Source: Lama guanicoe
Taxonomy: Eukaryota
DNA length: 64,000 nucleotides
Direction of reading: 5' to 3'
Assembly: GCA_013239625.1 (NCBI GenBank)
Contig: MU053934.1
Coordinates: forward strand, 8,887,352 to 8,951,351
A model generated the notes under the pieces. That model was given only the letters and a program-made list of their open reading frames with translations. It did no database searches and was not told where the DNA came from. A program made the translations under genes and the position numbers. Shown in pieces: positions 59,001 through 64,000 of this stretch (position 1 is the first letter of the stretch; each line of letters starts with the position of its first letter).

Positions 59001-62000
59001 TGGTCAAAAAGCAAGGTCCTGGAGAGACTTGGGTAGGATGAACACAGCCTGGCAAAGGCTGCCATGAGAAGGTACCTCAAGCTGCACCTCCTGAAAGTCC
59101 TCTGACTCTCAGCAGAGAAAGAAATCAGGGAGGTCGGCTTCAGAGACTCAGCCTGTCGAGGTGGCACCCCGAGAGTGGGTACCTCTCTCGGGGGTGGGCT
59201 CGCTGACGAAGAGCACAAAGCAGGCCTGTTTACAAATTAGCAATGAGAGGTCTCTGTCAGCATGACTAGAGCAGCCTCTTTGTGAACAGCTGGAAATGCA
59301 AAGGCCAGTCATTTTCGGAAGATGGATAAACCTGGAATCAGAACCAGGAGTTTAATTCATCCATTTCTGAAAACGGATGGCTCTGGCATAGGACCATGAC
59401 CCTGGGAATCTGCAGGACGGAGCTGTCCCAGCCCTGGGCAGTGATGGGCGCTGCCCATGTTTGCCTCCATCCTTTGGTCATACTTCCATGGCCAAGCCCA
59501 TCCTCATGTCAAAAATTTAGTCAAGACGTGTGGTCTGAGAGCCTGTCTCTTCCAGGTGGCTTTGTGTATCTGTGCACTGATCTTTAACACTGACCTCAAA
59601 CTGGATTCTCAAGAGTTAAACTGTGCCCTTAGTTTCCTCAGTCGCAAATGCTGAGAACGGGATCATACACAAGTGAGGTAACTGGGTAAATTTTAATAAA
59701 CAAGTGGGACAGAATTTCGAACTGTAATTCCTTTGGAATTTTATTTACACACGTTATTTTTGGACTTTCTTAAATAACTAACTTGGTCCAGTTGGCCATG
59801 GGGTCTACTATTAAGGACCCTCTAGGTCCCAATGCTCAGGGGCCTTGAGGAAAAGCAAGTGACCCAGCAGCAATGCTGTGGGTTCAGCAGAGTGGTCCTC
59901 ACCCACCTGACTCCCTGTGTTGACTCCTCAACAGCTCACTGAGGGTCCACTAAATCTTGAATGAAAACTACTACCCTGATGCATCTTGTTTTTAGATATT
60001 TAACTTAGATTTTATTTTTAATCAGCAGTTATCAAACAAACATAGTTTGTTCGGAGTAAATTGTCATCTGACTGCAACATGACGCTTGAATTGTAGACGT
60101 TCTATTGGAAATTAAGGGCAGAAAGAAACTTACTTTGCCAATGTTAGTATTGTCCAGGGCTGCGTCTACTTCATCTAAAACAAAGAATGGAGCAGGCCGA
60201 AAACTAGAAAAAGATTACAATCAAGTTATAACTCTGTTTCACTGAAGCCGTGGAGGAGAGGACTAACAGCATTCAGGGTAATGATTCACCCTTTTGGATG
60301 CTTCTGTCTACGTCACCAGTAACCTCTGTGTTGCTAAACACGGTGCTCAAGTCTCAGTCCGCATCCCATGTGACCTTTGCAGGTGGCATCTGGGGTGCTC
60401 CTCTCCCCGTTCCTCTGACTCACCCACTGTCCTTCCCAGTCTTTTCTGCCAACTCCTCATCTGACTTCTTGATGCTGGGGTGCCTTTGCGGCTCAGTGCT
60501 TAGAGCACTTCTACCTAATTAGCTCCCTTGGTGATTTCATCTGATCTTAAGGTTTTAGGTATCATCCATACACCGATGGCTCCCACGCTTCTATTGATAC
60601 TTCTGACCTCTCTCTTGAACCCTCACCTCACATGTCCAGTGGCTTACTCAACAACTCCATGTGGGTGTAATAACTCAAAATCATGCAGAGTAAACCCACC
60701 TGCCCCTCCAAACCTACTCCTTCCCGTGGTCTTCGCCCTCGCAGTTAACAGCAGCTCTCATCACGCCAGTTGATTGGGCCAAAACCCAGAGAGTCACCCC
60801 TTGACTCCCTCATACCCCACGCCTTGTCTGCCCAGCCTTCCGTCCCACCCGGGTCCAGCCCATCATCTTCCACCGCGATCAGCATAGCACTTCCCTAACC
60901 TTGTGCCTGCTGCTGCTGCAGCCTGCTCTGTGCAGGTGCCAGGCTCACTCTGGCCTTTGGGCCTTTGCACCTGTCGTTCCTCATGTCTAGAATATTCTTC
61001 CCTTAGAATTCTCCCCTAGAATATCCATCCACAAGGTTTGCTCCCTTAATTAATTCCTTCAAATCTTTGCTCAAATGTTACTTTTCAAATGGGCTTTCCC
61101 AGGAGGCTTTAATGCTGCAAACCATTCTTTACTTACTACCTCCCTTCTTTCGTTGTCTCTACAGCATCTGTCATTTTCTAATAGCCTCCATGTTGGAGAA
61201 TTAGTTTACTATATTCCTTATTTATCACCTTATTTATCTTCACCAACTAAAATGAAGTATCTTTGAGACAGGGCATTTGTTTTCTTCATTGCTGTCTCTG
61301 TAAGGCCTGTACCACCTCTCGACACACAGTAAATATTTAATAAATGTTTGCTGAATAAATGGATGGAGATGGCACCCAGTAATAGTCTTATTCTGCTAAG
61401 ATTTACTCAACTCAGGCTCCCTTTAGTGTAATGGCCAATTCCTTTTCCTTGAGACCAGTAAAAACAGTTGTAAAACTTTTATGTTCATCTTCCTGATAAT
61501 GAAAACAGAGGCAGCATCATCTATACCTTAGATCTTCATCTAAAGCTTTGAATGTTGAAATTTGCCTTAATTTTAGCTAACCCTTTTTTCCCTTGATTTA
61601 TTTTACAAACAGTGCCACCATCATCAGCAGAAATGAGGTTAAACATTTTTGTCCCAGAAGAAATTGCTTAACATTCACTACTAACCAGCAGATCCTCGCA
61701 CAGGGATTAGGAAAACAGTATACAAGTTAGGTGTTTTTACTTTGTTTGGGTTTGTTGTTACTGTTTTTGGCAATCCTGATTTCATGTGTGGCCACTGATA
61801 CTCCTTTTTTTTCTTTCTGATTCCTATAAAGATGGAATATTAGTAGATACTGACAGTAAGAAACTGAATAAAAATCTGTCAAGAACAGAATTCTCTCTTA
61901 GATTTGCTATCTAAATTGTTCTAGGCCTAAAACATAACCTGAATTGTCTGGCTGAAAAAAATTGTTCTGTATCACATACATAACATGACTAAAGACAAGT

Positions 62001-63950
62001 AATGAACTGATTACCTGTGCACAGCGAACAGGAGAGCCAGAGCCGCCACACACTTCTCTCCCCCTGACAGATTATCCATCGGCATGAACCTTTTGCCTGG
62101 GGCCACACAGTTATAGCTAATTCCCTCCAGGTAAGGCTCTTCCGGGTTCTCTGGGCTAAGAAATGCCTGAAACACATGTTATTTATTCAGCAGTATCAGA
62201 AAAGCTATTAGCAAGTTTCAACAGCCACAGAGTTTAACTGCAGAATACCATTGATTAGACTTTCCTCCATTTTGATGGAAAGATACCAATGTTCGTAAAT
62301 AACGTATTTAGCTCTCCATGTGCTCAGACAGCAGGGCTGTCCGGCTGGGGAGCAGAGGGAAAACACCGCCACAGGCATCAGGGGTGAGCCTTCCCACCAG
62401 ACTGCCCTCCACCATATGCCGCAGCCTCATGAAAACAATCTTCATTCAAATCACTCATTGGCCCTTTCGTCAAATCTTTACTGAACACCTATCATGGGCC
62501 AGGTACTATGGAAACAGAGATGAATCCTGCCCTCAAGGAATCAGCGGTTTATTTTAGTCCTACTTTACTGAAAACAAGTAAGGTATTTTTGGTTGCAATT
62601 CTAAATATCTGATTCAAGATTACCGGGGAGAGCAGGTGTCTAAGATCTGATCCTTGGAACACATTCCATCCCACAGTCTCTGCTATGGACAATGACCATG
62701 GAACGGGGAGACCGTCGTCACAAGGGGCATGTATCTAGATCTGAGTCTTGCCTTTAGTTCTTTCCTTCTCCTTTGTTACTCTAGGCAACTCCACAGACTC
62801 CGGATTCACAGGCTCTCCATTACCCTAACTACTACACAGACCACTGACAGCTCTATAAACTCAAGTTTGTACCACGTAACAGAATTTCAGAGCTGAAGAG
62901 AACTTGGAAACCAAATGATCTAACCCACTCATTCTGCAGATGAAGAACCAGGACCAGGAAGAGTCTGGCTTGTCTCGGCTGGCCAGTGGTGGAGCGAGTA
63001 GGATCTAGAACACGGGTCACTGTGACAGCCAGTCTTCACGAGTTGCCTTTGCCCCGTTAAGTGAGTTGCTCAAACAGTGTGGTGGCAATTTCCCACCAGG
63101 AAAACCCCCCACAACAACACAAAGTTCCCACTCAAACTTGGGGGTGAAAAATACATACTTGGGCACTGTGGTTTCTGCAGAGCTTCTTGTAGATCTGATC
63201 AATTGAGATTGAGACGTGCTCAAAACACTGGCTGAAAAGATCGTATCTCCTTTTTTTCACCTGTTCAAACTCTTGCCTACATATTCTGGCTTCCTTTCTG
63301 CTGGCCTCAAAAGCTAAGAGAGAATCAATGTTCTTTATTTTGGAGAACACCAAGGTTTTCTCAACTTTAAAGCATAAAATATTTCTAACATTGGATTTTG
63401 AGTTTGGTTCTCTTTAGTAAAGTCTACCTTCAAAATACCTCAAGTGTTATTAATTCCAAGAAAATGACTCTTAAAATTGAAGAGCCCTTTTTCTAGTAGA
63501 TCTAATTTTTAAATAATAACAAATTCCAACAGAGGATCTAATATGCCTCTCATGCTGGTATGAAACAAAACGTTGCCTATTCTAAAATAACCAATACACC
63601 TGTTTTTAAATTAAAGCAGAACAGTTTTCAAAAAGGAAGGAATTAGTGACTCAGAATTAAAAGAATGCTACTTTAAGACAACAGAGGAAAAATATGCATA
63701 ATAAAAACAAAGGTACAATCCAGGGGGGATTATTGGTTAGCGTTACAGAATGCCCACGGACGTGATCCTGGCAGCGCTAAAGCCCAGCCTCACCGTCTGC
63801 GGACTCCTGAAACTTGTCCCTGACCGTCTTCAGGTTCTCCAGGGCTCTGAGGTTGGGGGCTGCTGTCTTCAACAGGACATCCTCCTGGGAGGCTATCTGT
63901 TGCCGCAGGAGTCTAAGGTGGGCCTCAACTTCTTTATCTGTTTGTAGAGC
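55985..63950 (-). CDS. SMC1B: SMC1B meiotic cohesin subunit, last six coding exons (5' part outside window): complement(join(55985-56086,57421-57531,60134-60203,62015-62166,63159-63313,63794-63950))
   Basis: Spliced translation is an SMC1 C-terminal head with ABC signature LSGGEK and Walker B/D-loop [12 protein letters not shown]. The tail [21 protein letters not shown] and adjacency to FAM118A indicate SMC1B rather than SMC1A. Confidence 0.95.
56274..56767 (+). mobile_element. MER34-like ERV1 solo LTR in the last SMC1B intron
   Basis: Starts taaagggtaccagaacatgccacccaaaatatgcc, has an internal AATAAA and ends tctaca. Near-TSD ctag/ctgg. Confidence 0.7.
57421..57531 (-). CDS. SMC1B: SMC1B penultimate exon
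   Basis: [37 protein letters not shown], with ctcccag| and |gtaaac. Confidence 0.95.
60134..60203 (-). CDS. SMC1B: SMC1B exon (Walker B / D-loop)
   Basis: [23 protein letters not shown], with tttctag| and |gtaagt. Confidence 0.96.
60290..61366 (+). mobile_element. L2 LINE 3' portion
   Basis: L2 phrases ggtgatttcatc...aaggtttta, gggcctttgcacctgtcgttcc, and terminal aataaatgtttgctgaataaatgga. Confidence 0.75.
62015..62166 (-). CDS. SMC1B: SMC1B exon (ABC signature motif)
   Basis: [50 protein letters not shown], with tttcag| and |gtaatc. Confidence 0.96.
63159..63313 (-). CDS. SMC1B: SMC1B exon
   Basis: [52 protein letters not shown], with ctcttag| and |gtatgt. Confidence 0.95.
63794..63950 (-). 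CDS. SMC1B: SMC1B exon (coiled coil)
   Basis: [52 protein letters not shown], with ataatag| and |gtgagg on the minus strand. Confidence 0.93.
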
Positions 63951-64000
63951 CTATTATTGGCAAAGGACAGCAGTGATTAGCCTGGCTTTTAGACCCAAAG

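Noticed and set aside
1..64000. CRISPR arrays, operons or other prokaryotic-type systems
   Set aside because: The sequence is intron-containing mammalian DNA, and no regularly spaced repeat arrays were seen.

Overview
Mammalian genomic DNA, most likely a camelid, judged from repeated short tRNA-derived SINEs resembling vic-1. The gene order matches human 22q13.31. It contains the complete UPK3A gene (+, 6 coding exons, 11090-18642, 287 aa), the complete FAM118A gene (+, CpG-island promoter and non-coding exon 1 near 27.7-27.9 kb, 8 coding exons 38190-52454, 357 aa, SIR2-like domain), and the last six coding exons of SMC1B (-, 55985-63950), tail-to-tail with FAM118A. All exon boundaries were read from GT/AG sites and the phases add up. 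The rest is L1, L2, MIR, MaLR/ERV LTRs, DNA transposons and SINEs. I found no clear new multi-gene system. The strongest leads concern FAM118A: a SIR2 NAD-binding motif set of the prokaryotic antiphage type, a bipartite-NLS-like motif on a frame-preserving exon next to an L1 insertion, a NAGNAG acceptor, a stop-free in-frame 5' leader and an upstream solo LTR. UPK3A also shows two notable substitutions. Gene and repeat names are from recognition, not database searches.
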